Sequence record: NZ_CP104589.1
From: a plasmid
DNA length: 64,000 nucleotides
Direction: 5' to 3' (one strand)
The notes under the pieces are model-generated. The model saw only the letters and a program-made list of their open reading frames with translations, had not been told where the DNA came from and did not search any database. The position numbers and the translations under genes were made by a program. Every line of letters begins with the position of its first letter. The first letter of the stretch is position 1. Positions 31,134 to 41,355 of this stretch are shown one piece after another.

Positions 31134-33328
31134 ACCAGGAGATTGAAAGCCCCGTTGCCGCCAGCATCGCGCAGGAGAAATACGGCTTAACCGCCGGCAC
31201 CCCGCTGCTGGATCTGGACCCCGGCGAACCGCTCAGCATGATGGAGCGATTGCTTGGCGAAGACATGCGCCGCGAGGGATTCAAGCTGGCCACCAGCGTT
31301 GAAATGTTCCTGACCAACGACCTCAACATTCCAGAGGTTTCCCAGCGTGTTTGGAGCAAGTGGTATGGCTCGCGCAGGGCGGCCGATAAGGTCGAAGCAG
31401 TTATTCGGTCATCGCAGGGGGCGCGGCAGGCAAAGTTCCTCAAGAAACTCCGGCACCTCCCCCCGCTGATGCTGCTGACGGTTGTATTTGGAAGCCGGGG
31501 CGCATGGTTGCTGATTAAGCACGGCCTGAGCAGCGAGTCGATCCATGCTATTCGCCCCGATGCTCGGCTGCCCTTTATCACGGAGGAACTGTTCGCCAAG
31601 TACCCCCGCAAACAGCACCAAGGGCGCTCGTATCAGGCCCAAGAAAGTGGCGAGCTGGCCGCGGTAGCTCGCACCGTCGAGCTGGCCTGGCCCTTTATGG
31701 CAAAACTGCATGACCACGGGTTTTACCGTCACGCCACTGCCGAGCGCCTGGTGAGCGTCGATGAGATTTGTAGCGTGATCGAGGCCGGCGGCGTAAGCGC
31801 TGTAGACCTTTCTCTGTTTCGCGTTTCGATAGGTCTGCTGCTGTCAAACCTGCTGCCCCGCATTGAGGCCATGGCCGCCATCACCAGGCCCGCAGTCGCC
31901 CAGAGCTACTGCGCCGGGTTTGAGTTCGGCGGAATCAAACACGCCACATTCGACCCGAATGTTTGCTTCTGGGATCAGGTAGACGGAGAACACTTCGAGG
32001 AAACCTGCAAGCAGATAGCCCTGGAGTCGCGCATGCGCCTTGAGTTCCAGGACGATGAAAGCCGGTTCTCCGCTCAGTTCGATGATGTTTCGGCCAACAT
32101 CGTGCGCGCTTCCAGCCTCGGTCGAGTCGTCGAAGCAGTGTTTTCGGAGCTGTGCTTCGAGCCTATCGGCTACGAGTTTTACTACTTGGTTCGTGACACC
32201 CTCGTTGATTGCTATGAGGCCCTCGATGACGCCCCCGAGCTGGACCTGACGCCCTTCCCCGAAGATCTGCTGGGCCGCCCCCTCAACCTGATGGACATTC
32301 AGGCACCGGATCTGGCCTTACTGGAGGTCGGTCGCCTTCGCAAGAACATCCACAGCGAGGTTATGCGCCTGACCGGCATCATTGCCGGTGACAAGGAGCG
32401 TGCCGAGCGCCTGGAGGCCATTCAGACCAAGATCAGAGAGCTGGCTGTCGAAGCCAGTCTGGCCAACATGAAGAAAATGGGGGAGCTGGCCGGCGAGGCA
32501 TCCAAACTGATCGAAAGTGGCCGGGGCTGGCTGCTGGAGGTTTTCTCCCCTGCTGCGCATGAGTATGTGGCGCACTGGCACAACTTCTATGCGGCGATAG
32601 ATGCTCTCCCGCGCAAGGGCCTGCCGGCGATGCAACACACCCCGCCTGATAGCGAAGACTCCCGCCCCGGCCCCGGCCATGGTGATGTGGAGATTGCCGA
32701 GCTGAAAGAGCTGCTGCACCTGGCGCAGGCCGACAACGAGCATCTTCGTCGTGAGCTGGATGAATTGCGCGCCTCGGCCCATCGCATGCGCAGCCAGCTG
32801 GCGAACAAACAGGAAACCCAGGAAGAAAATATTCCCCTGGATTGCATGGGTGCCATTGCCCGCCTAGTAGCCCGGAAGGATTGCGGCCCAGCCGATGTGC
32901 TGAACTACTACGCCGGTACCGCACCTGATCGGCTGACAGTTCTTCCAGGCGCGTTGGCAGGTGCTCAGGCTTACCAGATCCCGTATGAGCCAACCGAGCG
33001 AATGATCGAGGTCATGGGCAAGCTCGTAGGGCCATACCTCGACGCTCTGCGCAGCGGTCAACCCGACACCCTGGCTCGCAACGTCCTGGGCGGCAAAACC
33101 TATGCGGCCAAGGAGTCCGAAACCACCTTGGCAACATCGCGCTTCAGGGCTATGCGTGAGTTTGAGTACAAGGGCGAGAAACGCCTGTTTGTCCAGCACC
33201 TGAGGATCAGCAATGAGGTCGGCGCCAAAGGCATGCGGATCTACTTTGGCGTGGATGGTGATGGGCAGGACAAGCGCATTATCGTGGCCTATGTCGGTCC
33301 GCATATGGGGGTGCCCAGCAGCAACTGA
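31130..33328 (+). CDS. large hypothetical protein (732 aa) whose C-terminal about 60 aa resemble a RelE/ParE / HigB (Gp49)-fold domain
   Basis: ...KRLFVQHLRISNEVGAKGMRIYFGVDGDGQDKRIIVAYVGPH matches the RelE-superfamily C-terminal pattern; the remainder has no recognised motifs. Confidence 0.6.
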   Translation: MNQEIESPVAASIAQEKYGLTAGTPLLDLDPGEPLSMMERLLGEDMRREGFKLATSVEMFLTNDLNIPEVSQRVWSKWYGSRRAADKVEAVIRSSQGARQAKFLKKLRHLPPLMLLTVVFGSRGAWLLIKHGLSSESIHAIRPDARLPFITEELFAKYPRKQHQGRSYQAQESGELAAVARTVELAWPFMAKLHDHGFYRHATAERLVSVDEICSVIEAGGVSAVDLSLFRVSIGLLLSNLLPRIEAMAAITRPAVAQSYCAGFEFGGIKHATFDPNVCFWDQVDGEHFEETCKQIALESRMRLEFQDDESRFSAQFDDVSANIVRASSLGRVVEAVFSELCFEPIGYEFYYLVRDTLVDCYEALDDAPELDLTPFPEDLLGRPLNLMDIQAPDLALLEVGRLRKNIHSEVMRLTGIIAGDKERAERLEAIQTKIRELAVEASLANMKKMGELAGEASKLIESGRGWLLEVFSPAAHEYVAHWHNFYAAIDALPRKGLPAMQHTPPDSEDSRPGPGHGDVEIAELKELLHLAQADNEHLRRELDELRASAHRMRSQLANKQETQEENIPLDCMGAIARLVARKDCGPADVLNYYAGTAPDRLTVLPGALAGAQAYQIPYEPTERMIEVMGKLVGPYLDALRSGQPDTLARNVLGGKTYAAKESETTLATSRFRAMREFEYKGEKRLFVQHLRISNEVGAKGMRIYFGVDGDGQDKRIIVAYVGPHMGVPSSN

Positions 33329-33382
33329 TCCACTTGGGATTGGCGGGGCGGACGGTAGGGTGTTACAAAACAGGAGACACCC

Positions 33383-33778
33383 ATGGATAGCCGCACACTG
33401 CACCGCCTCGCCACCAATCCCAAGGCCCTGATGGAATTCCGTGCCAGCGGTCGTCTGCCGGCCGAAAATCAGCCCTCCAGCCCTCTTATCACCCTATTGC
33501 AGTCCCTGCAGCCTCGGGAGCGCCTCAGAATCGCCGCTGTGACGATTTCGCTCCCTCTGGGTTATACCGGTTCAAGAATCTTCAAAAACGCTCAGCAGGC
33601 GCTCAATTGGCTCCTTCCTGCCGGCTCGCCCCGCAATGTCCCAAGTCAATCTTGGCAGGACAAGCGATTCCGGCGTCCGCTGACCGTTGATGACCTGGGC
33701 CAGCACGCCACGGTGCCGGCCGATGTGGCAGAGGCGTGGTGGCGCCGCCACCCTCACCTGCGCCGGCCTCAGCCGTGA
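33383..33778 (+). CDS. hypothetical protein
   Basis: ORF with GGAGA RBS. Confidence 0.45.
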   Translation: MDSRTLHRLATNPKALMEFRASGRLPAENQPSSPLITLLQSLQPRERLRIAAVTISLPLGYTGSRIFKNAQQALNWLLPAGSPRNVPSQSWQDKRFRRPLTVDDLGQHATVPADVAEAWWRRHPHLRRPQP

Positions 33779-34167
33779 GTGTTGCGCAGACGCGCCTGCA
33801 GGCACTGTTGGACCCACTTGCCAAGTCTCCAGTCGAGTGCGACGGAATGACTCGGCTGGTGGCCACCGTGCTTGCTGAAAACGGTATTGCCTACCAGGGC
33901 TACTGCGGTCGAATTACCGTTGGAAATCGCACGATGTCCCCGCACCTCTGGATCGAGGTCGGTCCTTGGCGCATCGACTACCGGTCGAAAATGTGGTTTC
34001 CAGGCGAAAACGGCATCCAAGAAGGCGTTTTCCTGGCAAACCAGGGCGAAATTACCCGCGGCAACGGTACCGATACCCGCTATGACGGTATCGCCGTCGA
34101 TATCGCTCCGCTGCCCCGCTTTCTGTTCGACGTGCTGCAGGTACCAATTGTGCTGCAAAACCCCTGA
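33775..34167 (+). CDS. hypothetical protein (GTG start overlapping the upstream stop)
   Basis: ORF 33736-34167. Confidence 0.4.
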   Translation: MSVAQTRLQALLDPLAKSPVECDGMTRLVATVLAENGIAYQGYCGRITVGNRTMSPHLWIEVGPWRIDYRSKMWFPGENGIQEGVFLANQGEITRGNGTDTRYDGIAVDIAPLPRFLFDVLQVPIVLQNP

Positions 34168-34446
34168 TCGCTTGGGTTTTAGCGAGCCAGGGGCAAGCTA
34201 GCTCGGCATTGGTTGCGGTTGCGCTTGCTATCAGTTCGCTGCTGCGCCGCAGATCCATCTGACCGACTGCATGCTCAATGAAACCTCTCCCCTGGATGGG
34301 GGCTTTTGACTGTTCGTATAGGCGGTGTGATGTTGTGGGTTGCCCCTTGCTCGCGAATTTGCGCTATGAGCGATTGCCAGCTTTGCTTAGGGGACTTCCC
34401 GTTTGCGGCAGCGGTTTTGATCGCTGCCGCTTTCTCATCGAATCGG

Positions 34447-35200
34447 TTTTCCACAACCAGTTTTCGCTTTTAAAGCTTTTTAGATATTTTTTTACTTGTT
34501 TTTTCTTGTTTTTAGGAGGCTACAAGCCCCGTGGCACTAGGGCTGTAGAGGATCATCGGCTACAGATTCAATGTTTACGGCTACAGATTCAATGTTTCAT
34601 GCCTACAGATTCAATGTCATCGGCTACACATTCAATGCTACCGGCTACGGATTCAATGTGCCGTCCCCAGCTTGTCCACAGCCCGTCTAATCCGGGCCTA
34701 TTACAGCCGGCCCCTCTTGTGCGCGTTTATTCTGCAAGATTCTTGTAGGTTTTAGGATTTTCGCCTCATGATCGCGCCAAGCTGCTGATTTGTAAGGTTT
34801 TTTTCCTTCTGGCCGTGAGGTGCTTGAAGTGAGCATAAAAGCTACAGATTCAATGCTGGGTTCGCCGCTTCCTGCCGACTAAAAGCTACAGATTCAATGC
34901 CGGAAGGCCTCGATCAGCCAGTCCAAAGGCTACAGATTCAATGCTCACTCCGGGCCAAAGACCGCTTAAAGCTACAGATTCAATGCTGTCAGGGCCCGTT
35001 TCTACTCTAAAAGCTACAGATTCAATGTTCTCTGCAGTGACTGGTACCGGCAAAAGCTACAGATTCAATGCTGTGGAGGCGGCAATATGGGCAAAGGCTA
35101 CGGATTCAATGTTGCGCCATATCCTCAGGCCGTCTATATCGGCTACACATTCAATGCTCAAGAATCGTTCGGAGCCTTAAAGCTACAGATTCAATGCTGG
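34447..35200. repeat. oriV: DnaA box TTTTCCACA (34447-34455), AT-rich tract (34462-34530), 5-6 tandem 21-bp iterons (34541-34658) and 9 dispersed iterons at about 43-bp spacing (34839-35196); core GCTACAGATTCAATG
   Basis: counted directly in the sequence; lies immediately upstream of a Rep_3-family gene. Confidence 0.75.
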
Positions 35201-35277
35201 CGTTTGGGAATTCGGTTGCGCCCCTTAGTATTCGTGGTGTTAGCTTGCCGGTCAGCTCCGGCGACAAGAAATTAGGG

Positions 35278-36105
35278 ATGGTGATAGTGATGAGTTCTGA
35301 AGAAGACGTTTTGCTCGCGGAAGGCAGCAATTCGCCTCTCGTGGTTTCCAAGCACAATGATCTTGTCGGGGCATCCTACAAGCTCTCGGTCGCTGAGCAG
35401 CGCCTGATCCTTCTCGCGATCTCCAAGCTGGACTCCCGCAAACCCATGCCCACCGATGGCATTGTTGTTTCGGCTGAAGACTTCATGGGCCGCTATACCG
35501 TCAGCAAGACGGATGCCTATAACCAGCTGCAGCATGCGGCCAAGTCGCTCTTCAATGCCAAGATCACATCCATAGAAGGCACCGGAAAGCGCCAAAAGGT
35601 TCATGACGTTCGCTGGGTGGAGCGTTGCTCGTATATCAAAGGGGAGGCCCGGGTGGAGCTGCTGTTCTCGACGACCATTCGGCCGTACCTGTCCAAGCTG
35701 ATTGGCCACTACACCTCGTACGATCTCTGGCGTGTTTCCAGCATCGAATCCGCGTACACCTTCCGCCTGTTTGAGATGCTGATGCAGTTCAAGAGTCAGG
35801 GGTGGCTCTACATCACCATCGACGAGCTTCGGCACCGGCTGCAGCTGGGCGAGGCCTACGAGAAGTTCTCCAATCTACGCTCACGGGTCATCGACATGGC
35901 TGTCCGTGAGCTGAAAGCGAAGTGCAGCATGGAGGTCGAGTACGAGGTGGTGAAGGAGGGGAAAAAAGTCGTGGCCATCAAGTTCAACTTCAAGCTGCTC
36001 AACCAGATGACCCTTCAGTTCAAGCAGGGCGAATTTGTTGAAGATGCTGAGCCTGACCTGAACGAGATCATTTATGCAGAAGTCGAACCCGTCTCTGAAC
36101 AATAG
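35278..36105 (+). CDS. repA: iteron-binding replication initiator RepA (Rep_3 family)
   Basis: ...LVVSKHNDLVGASYKLSVAEQRLILLAISKLD... is the Rep_3 N-terminal winged-helix pattern; start ATG 35278 (or 35290). Confidence 0.85.
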   Translation: MVIVMSSEEDVLLAEGSNSPLVVSKHNDLVGASYKLSVAEQRLILLAISKLDSRKPMPTDGIVVSAEDFMGRYTVSKTDAYNQLQHAAKSLFNAKITSIEGTGKRQKVHDVRWVERCSYIKGEARVELLFSTTIRPYLSKLIGHYTSYDLWRVSSIESAYTFRLFEMLMQFKSQGWLYITIDELRHRLQLGEAYEKFSNLRSRVIDMAVRELKAKCSMEVEYEVVKEGKKVVAIKFNFKLLNQMTLQFKQGEFVEDAEPDLNEIIYAEVEPVSEQ

Positions 36106-36149
36106 GCCTGCCCGCTCCCAGCCAGGGGAGCTTCCCGAGGAGATTTGCT

Positions 36150-36401
36150 ATGTCCCATTACGATGTCGGCTGCTACGAATGCGGCGACCCAATGAATATT
36201 TTGCTCCCGTATACGAACCTCGACGGTGAGCAGCTATCCCTGATCAACCAAGGCCAGCCCTTCCCTGTCCGGAAGGAAAATATCTGCTCGGAAACGTCCC
36301 TCGACCAGGAGCAAAACCACGAGCTGGTTTTCCAGGGTCAAACAACCGACTACGAAGACTACCGGTTGATTTGCGACAAATGCGGTAGCGAGTCCCCATA
36401 G
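36150..36401 (+). CDS. small zinc-ribbon protein (CxxC...CxxC)
   Basis: CYECGD...CDKCGSE. Confidence 0.45.
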   Translation: MSHYDVGCYECGDPMNILLPYTNLDGEQLSLINQGQPFPVRKENICSETSLDQEQNHELVFQGQTTDYEDYRLICDKCGSESP

Positions 36402-36489
36402 CTGTAGCCACCCCTCGCCTCCCCTCCCCTTCCTTGGGTTTCCCTATGGTCGTGTGAGTCTGGTTGCATCCAACACCGGAGCGACCGCG

Positions 36490-37131
36490 ATGATCACGAC
36501 CAACACCAGCAGCAAAGACCTCGAAGACGTTGGCCTGCTGTTCCACTCGATCCTGCGCTACGCCGAGGCTAATGCAGAGCGCCTAGATCGCTCGATCATT
36601 GCTATCGGCTACAGCACCCTGCTGAGAAACGCCGACCAAGCCTCCGGTTTCCTCGCACAGCTCCACGTTGAGTCCGGCGAAGAGTGGGACGGCTGCGTCT
36701 GGCTTGAGCGCCTTGAGGACATAAGCGAGGGCAGTCTGGCCCAGAAGCTCTATGCAGATGGCGTTGATGTCGAAAGCGCCGTGACTGACTGGCTCTCGCG
36801 ATACCGCCCCAGCGCTCAATTCAAGGTGCCGGTTGAAGGGGAAGATACCGCGAGCCTGTATCTGATGAACAAGCACGGCCACTACTTCAAGCTGAATTTG
36901 ACGGCGCTGGAGGTAGACAAGGATCGCCTGCATGGCTGCACCTTCTACGAAAGCGAGGCGGCTTTGCTGGAGGCTGTATGCCGTTTGACCGGCTGCGACC
37001 TCGACGAGGTATCGGGCAGCACTTCTTATGTCGCCCTGCGCAACGGAGAGCCCACGATATTCGACGCACGCGGCATCGGTGAGGCGATTGAAGGTCCTGT
37101 CGAAGATTGCATCGTTGAGTATGAAGTTTGA
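36490..37131 (+). CDS. hypothetical protein
   Basis: ORF 36454-37131; start uncertain. Confidence 0.45.
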   Translation: MITTNTSSKDLEDVGLLFHSILRYAEANAERLDRSIIAIGYSTLLRNADQASGFLAQLHVESGEEWDGCVWLERLEDISEGSLAQKLYADGVDVESAVTDWLSRYRPSAQFKVPVEGEDTASLYLMNKHGHYFKLNLTALEVDKDRLHGCTFYESEAALLEAVCRLTGCDLDEVSGSTSYVALRNGEPTIFDARGIGEAIEGPVEDCIVEYEV

Positions 37132-37313
37132 GCCACCCAGCCGTGATGCAGCCGCCCGAGCGGAGCGGGATCTGGTTGCTGCAGGCGTGATCAAGTGAGG
37201 AGGAAATTTTCTCCTGCAATTCCCTTTGCCGGCCAGCTCCCATGGCCGGTCAGCGCTTGGGATTCTCCAGAGCAGTGAGAGGCTGAAGGCATCACCAAGG
37301 AGGCGATGCCACT

Positions 37314-39044
37314 ATGCAAACCCAGTCCCACCATCACGAGCCTACCCCGATCATCCAAGGCGAGATTCTCGACCAGTTCTATGCCCCCGTTCAGTTCGAC
37401 GCCCTGATGCTGCTTGTGAGCGAGTTCGAGCGCTTGCGCAGCCGCATCATCGAAGTGCATGGCATCGTGAGCCAAGAGCGGGTCAGTGGGGTGATGGACT
37501 ATTTCTTCAATGGCAATGGCTCAGACCAATATGGCCACAGTGCATTGTTGCGGCACCTCAATTCCTTCACCGAGATTTTCAACCTGGATGGTGCCCTCAA
37601 CGAATTGACGGCCACCTTCTGGGATCGCGCTCTGCGCCAAACAGACCTGATGGAATACATGCCACAGGCCCGGCGTACCCAGTGGCACGAGACGCTAAAT
37701 GCCTGGCGTGCTCACGGCTACAAGCGAGGGGAAAATCCTGAGCTCGATATGCCTGAATTTACCCTCGACACCCTCCGCGCCACAGTACAAAGCCTCATGG
37801 CACGCCGGGCAGAATTCCTCTCGGAGCGGGTGGACGGGATATTCCGCGGCCTGAGCCGCCAGCACGTCACGAACGTGCCCGAGGGCTTTGGCAAGCGCAT
37901 GATCATGTCGGGGGTCTACAGCGAGTGGGGCTCAACCTGCAGCAGCCGTGAAGGCGTTGTGCATGACCTCAGAATGGTGATCGCCAAGTTCATGGGCCGC
38001 GATGACCCGTGCCGAGGCTCCACCGGCCAGTTGCTTAGAACCGCCCGTGCCGCCCGGGGTGAGTGGATCGAGGCCGATGGCGGTGCTATTCGGGTGAGGG
38101 CTTACAAGGTCGGTACCGCCCACCTGGAGGTACACCCGGACATGGCCTACCGTCTGAACATGGTGCTGGCCTACCTGCACCCTGCAGCCATTCCTGAGTC
38201 ATTCCGCACACGCCCCAAGCGAGCCAAGGCCTGCGGCTTCAAGAGCAAGGCATTGTTCGAGCGTCCATTCTCGAATGCCGTGGGCGCGGTGCTGGCCGGC
38301 ATGGGCCAGTTCAAGAAGATGGTCAAATCGCAGTCCTTCCGGAACCCATACGACTACATCCCAGTAAAAAATGCGGTCGCGGCCTCCTACCAGAGCAAGG
38401 AAACCAGCAAGCACCTGCTTGCCGAGGTGAACACAGTGATGGAGGCCCTGGGAGGCGTCCTCACCACCTGCAGCGAGAATCCTCGGTTCACCTACTGGCA
38501 GTTCGACTATGACGCTCTCGATCTGGTGCATGAGGTTGGGGTTCTCGGGTATATCCCGGATCACCGCTCACATCAGTATTACCCCACTCCGGAGCCCGCG
38601 GCCCAGCAGCTGGTTGAATGGCTCGATATTTCCCTGCTCGACACGATCTGTGAGCCTTCTGCGGGTCAGGGTGGAATCGCTGACCTGCTGCCAAAGGATC
38701 GAACCCGTTGCGTCGAGATCAGCGCCCTGCACTGCGACATCTTGCGCAAGAAGGGCCACAACGTAACCGAGGCGGACTTTTTGTCCTGGAATCCCGGCCC
38801 GGATCTGTTCTCTGTGATCGCAATGAACCCGCCGTTCAGCGAAGGCCGCTGGCAGGCGCACCTCAAGCACGCCAGCACCCTGCTGGCGGACAAGGGCCGC
38901 ATCGGCGCTGTGCTGCCAATGAGCGCCAAGCGTGCTGCTGCAGAGCTGCTGCCGGGCTTCGATCTGGAGTTCTCCGAGCCAATCGATAATGCATTCGCCG
39001 GTACCACGATCAGCGTGGTGCTGCTCAAGGCCATAAAGCGCTAA
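37314..39044 (+). CDS. putative N6-adenine DNA methyltransferase with N-terminal DUF4942-like domain (576 aa)
   Basis: motif I ICEPSAGQGGIADLL and motif IV VIAMNPPFSEG (NPPF) in the C-terminal third. Confidence 0.7.
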   Translation: MQTQSHHHEPTPIIQGEILDQFYAPVQFDALMLLVSEFERLRSRIIEVHGIVSQERVSGVMDYFFNGNGSDQYGHSALLRHLNSFTEIFNLDGALNELTATFWDRALRQTDLMEYMPQARRTQWHETLNAWRAHGYKRGENPELDMPEFTLDTLRATVQSLMARRAEFLSERVDGIFRGLSRQHVTNVPEGFGKRMIMSGVYSEWGSTCSSREGVVHDLRMVIAKFMGRDDPCRGSTGQLLRTARAARGEWIEADGGAIRVRAYKVGTAHLEVHPDMAYRLNMVLAYLHPAAIPESFRTRPKRAKACGFKSKALFERPFSNAVGAVLAGMGQFKKMVKSQSFRNPYDYIPVKNAVAASYQSKETSKHLLAEVNTVMEALGGVLTTCSENPRFTYWQFDYDALDLVHEVGVLGYIPDHRSHQYYPTPEPAAQQLVEWLDISLLDTICEPSAGQGGIADLLPKDRTRCVEISALHCDILRKKGHNVTEADFLSWNPGPDLFSVIAMNPPFSEGRWQAHLKHASTLLADKGRIGAVLPMSAKRAAAELLPGFDLEFSEPIDNAFAGTTISVVLLKAIKR

Positions 39045-39156
39045 AGCTTGGGATTCCAGGGTTTGCATTCAGGCTTGCTTGCAAGGATCTGGTCAGATAA
39101 CGACGCACAGCGCCGCCTCTGGCCGGTACCCTCCCCTATCAGCAAAGGAGAACCCC

Positions 39157-39561
39157 ATGACTCAATCCGATATTCTTGCTATGCCGGCTGACGACTACAT
39201 GAACGAGGCCCAACTGGCCTTTTTTGAGTGCCTGCTGCGCGAGAAGCTGGCCGAGACAGTGGCGTCCATAGAGTCGGCACGCAAGACCATCGCAGACCTT
39301 GGCGTTGCCCCTGATGAGGTCGACCAGGCATCAATCGAAGAAGAGCGGGTGGCGCTGTCGCGCTCACTGGAGAGGCTCAACCAGCAGGTGCAGAGCATCA
39401 AGCATTCGCTGAAGTCGATAAGCGATGAAAGCTACGGGTATTGCGAAGAAACAGGCGAAGAGATCGGGCTGCAGCGTCTGCTGGCCCAGCCTACTGCGCG
39501 ATTCTCGGTAGCGGCGCAAAGCCAAAAAGAGCTTATTGCGCGTCATTATTTAGCGGCATAA
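39157..39561 (+). CDS. DksA/TraR-family C4 zinc-finger protein (134 aa)
   Basis: coiled-coil plus YGYCEETGEEIG...; AAAGGAGAA RBS. Confidence 0.75.
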   Translation: MTQSDILAMPADDYMNEAQLAFFECLLREKLAETVASIESARKTIADLGVAPDEVDQASIEEERVALSRSLERLNQQVQSIKHSLKSISDESYGYCEETGEEIGLQRLLAQPTARFSVAAQSQKELIARHYLAA

Positions 39562-39572
39562 GGAGATTTAAG

Positions 39573-40118
39573 GTGGATGCAGAAAAAGCAAGGGAATTGA
39601 TGCCATCAAGCGGACGTTACGGTAAAGAAGCCTTACTTAAAGATATCGAAGAGCGCATAAGGAAAGCAGCGCAAGAAGGTGCATCAAGCATCTGGCTGTC
39701 TCGTGTGCATGGATATCACGGGCAAAAGGATGGCACTTTCGGGGAAGTTTTTGCGGCGCTTACACAGAAAGGCTTTCACTTGGTTGATGATACCTTTTCA
39801 GGCGCACCGGCTATGCGTATCTATTGGGCGTACCAACCACCAATTCAATATAAATCAGAGCACATTCCCGCAACACTGAAGCAGCGTTTTGTTACAGCTT
39901 GCTTTGTTATGATTGGCGGGCTTGTATTCTCTACCCTCGCATCGTTTCTGGTCGCGTCTGTATCTACCGTATTTCCAATATCCAATATGGTCGCTCCGGC
40001 CACGATCTTTACTGGCTTTATGCTGGTTTGTTCCGCTATTACTTGCGCTTCAGCAATCGCCGCGTTCAGAGACGACTCTGGTACAACGAAGTTCACAAGG
40101 ATTGATCCCTCTTTATGA
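39573..40118 (+). CDS. membrane protein (GTG start, 181 aa)
   Basis: AAGGAG RBS 8 nt upstream; C-terminal transmembrane helices. Confidence 0.45.
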   Translation: MDAEKARELMPSSGRYGKEALLKDIEERIRKAAQEGASSIWLSRVHGYHGQKDGTFGEVFAALTQKGFHLVDDTFSGAPAMRIYWAYQPPIQYKSEHIPATLKQRFVTACFVMIGGLVFSTLASFLVASVSTVFPISNMVAPATIFTGFMLVCSAITCASAIAAFRDDSGTTKFTRIDPSL

Positions 40119-40492
40119 AGAAGCATCTGATTCTTCTGTTGATATGGTTGCTGCTAAGCCTCGTATTGATCACATCCATAAAATTAAGCGGTGTGCCGCT
40201 TGAAGTCCTGGCGTACCTTACTGCAGCGGCGCTGGCATTCCCGCCAAGCGCCCTAATCTACTGGCTTGCACGACTTCCAGAAGACCGGTACATAGCATTT
40301 CTAGCGTGGGCTTCGATATTCATAACTACGACTTCAGGCTTTGCAATCATTGGGGCTCTTATCGGCTGGGGCGTATCAGAGTTTATCCCTGGCATTGAGC
40401 TTTCATCGTTCTTTACTTGCGGCGCGATTGTCGGTCTTTCTATATCAGTACATGAGTTTTTCTCAGGAAAAAACAAAGCCGTGAAGATATAG
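40115..40492 (+). CDS. membrane protein (125 aa)
   Basis: ATGA overlap; 3-4 transmembrane helices. Confidence 0.45.
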   Translation: MKKHLILLLIWLLLSLVLITSIKLSGVPLEVLAYLTAAALAFPPSALIYWLARLPEDRYIAFLAWASIFITTTSGFAIIGALIGWGVSEFIPGIELSSFFTCGAIVGLSISVHEFFSGKNKAVKI

Positions 40493-40608
40493 CGATCCTC
40501 TATCCATAATGAAATGCCGCCCAGTGCGGCATTCTTTTGCCCAGGCGCAATGCTTGGGTATTTCTAACATCATGTAACGATGCCTTTATGAAAGTAGAGG
40601 CAGGCATC

Positions 40609-41355
40609 ATGTCAGAAGTTATAAATCATCGCCCTATCAGCAAATCCCACAACCTGCTCTATGTCGAGTACGGGGCCAATTCCCTCGGACGAGACTTTCT
40701 TGTGGGTGATGTCCACGGCGAGCATGACGTACTTATGGAGCTGCTTGAGTTGGTCGGATTCCGTTTTGGATACGACCGCTTATTTATGGCTGGCGATCTG
40801 GTTGATCGCGGCCCTAAGCCGCTTTCTGTACTTGGCCTGTTGCGCAATGATGGTGTTATAGCCGTTAAAGGGAATCACGATCAATGGTGTGTAGAGGCCG
40901 GGTTTGTTGGGGAGCCTGCCGGCCATCGCCGTTATGGCGGTGAGTGGTTTTATCAACTTGAGCAATTAGAGCAACAAGCCGTTGCCTTCTTCCTTAATCA
41001 ACTTCCTGTTGCCCTCTCCTTCATTGGCCCGTGCGGAAATAAGTTTGGTGTGGTTCATGCCGAAGTTCCATCCAGCTCCTGGGACTGGTTTTGCGAGGGG
41101 CTGCGCGGCGACTACGGCCAGGCGTTCTGCGAGCGCTATGTCACCGAAGCGCTCTGGAGACGCACCCGGTATGAGGAGAAACAGACTCATCCGGTCAGTG
41201 GAGTGGAGAAGGTTTTCGTCGGCCATACCGTGGTCGATGAAGTGACCGAGCTGGGCAATGTGGTGTACCTGGACACCGGCGGCTGTTTCGACGATGGACG
41301 ATTGACCCTGGTTGAGCTGCAGTCGGCCGGCGGATACCTCATCCACCAGCTCTAA
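40609..41355 (+). CDS. calcineurin-like metallophosphoesterase / Ser-Thr protein phosphatase (PPP family)
   Basis: GDVHGEHD...GDLVDRGP...GNHD motifs. Confidence 0.7.
   Translation: MSEVINHRPISKSHNLLYVEYGANSLGRDFLVGDVHGEHDVLMELLELVGFRFGYDRLFMAGDLVDRGPKPLSVLGLLRNDGVIAVKGNHDQWCVEAGFVGEPAGHRRYGGEWFYQLEQLEQQAVAFFLNQLPVALSFIGPCGNKFGVVHAEVPSSSWDWFCEGLRGDYGQAFCERYVTEALWRRTRYEEKQTHPVSGVEKVFVGHTVVDEVTELGNVVYLDTGGCFDDGRLTLVELQSAGGYLIHQL

Noticed and set aside
34541-35200. CRISPR-like appearance: short direct repeats with unique spacers of similar length
   Set aside because: The repeats are 15-18 bp with a 21- or 43-bp period, there are no cas genes, and a DnaA box, an AT-rich tract and repA sit directly adjacent. 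These are iterons.
35068-35277. N-terminal 70 codons of the 345-aa ORF upstream of repA
   Set aside because: They span the iteron array. Rep_3 homology and the RBS support a start at 35278.
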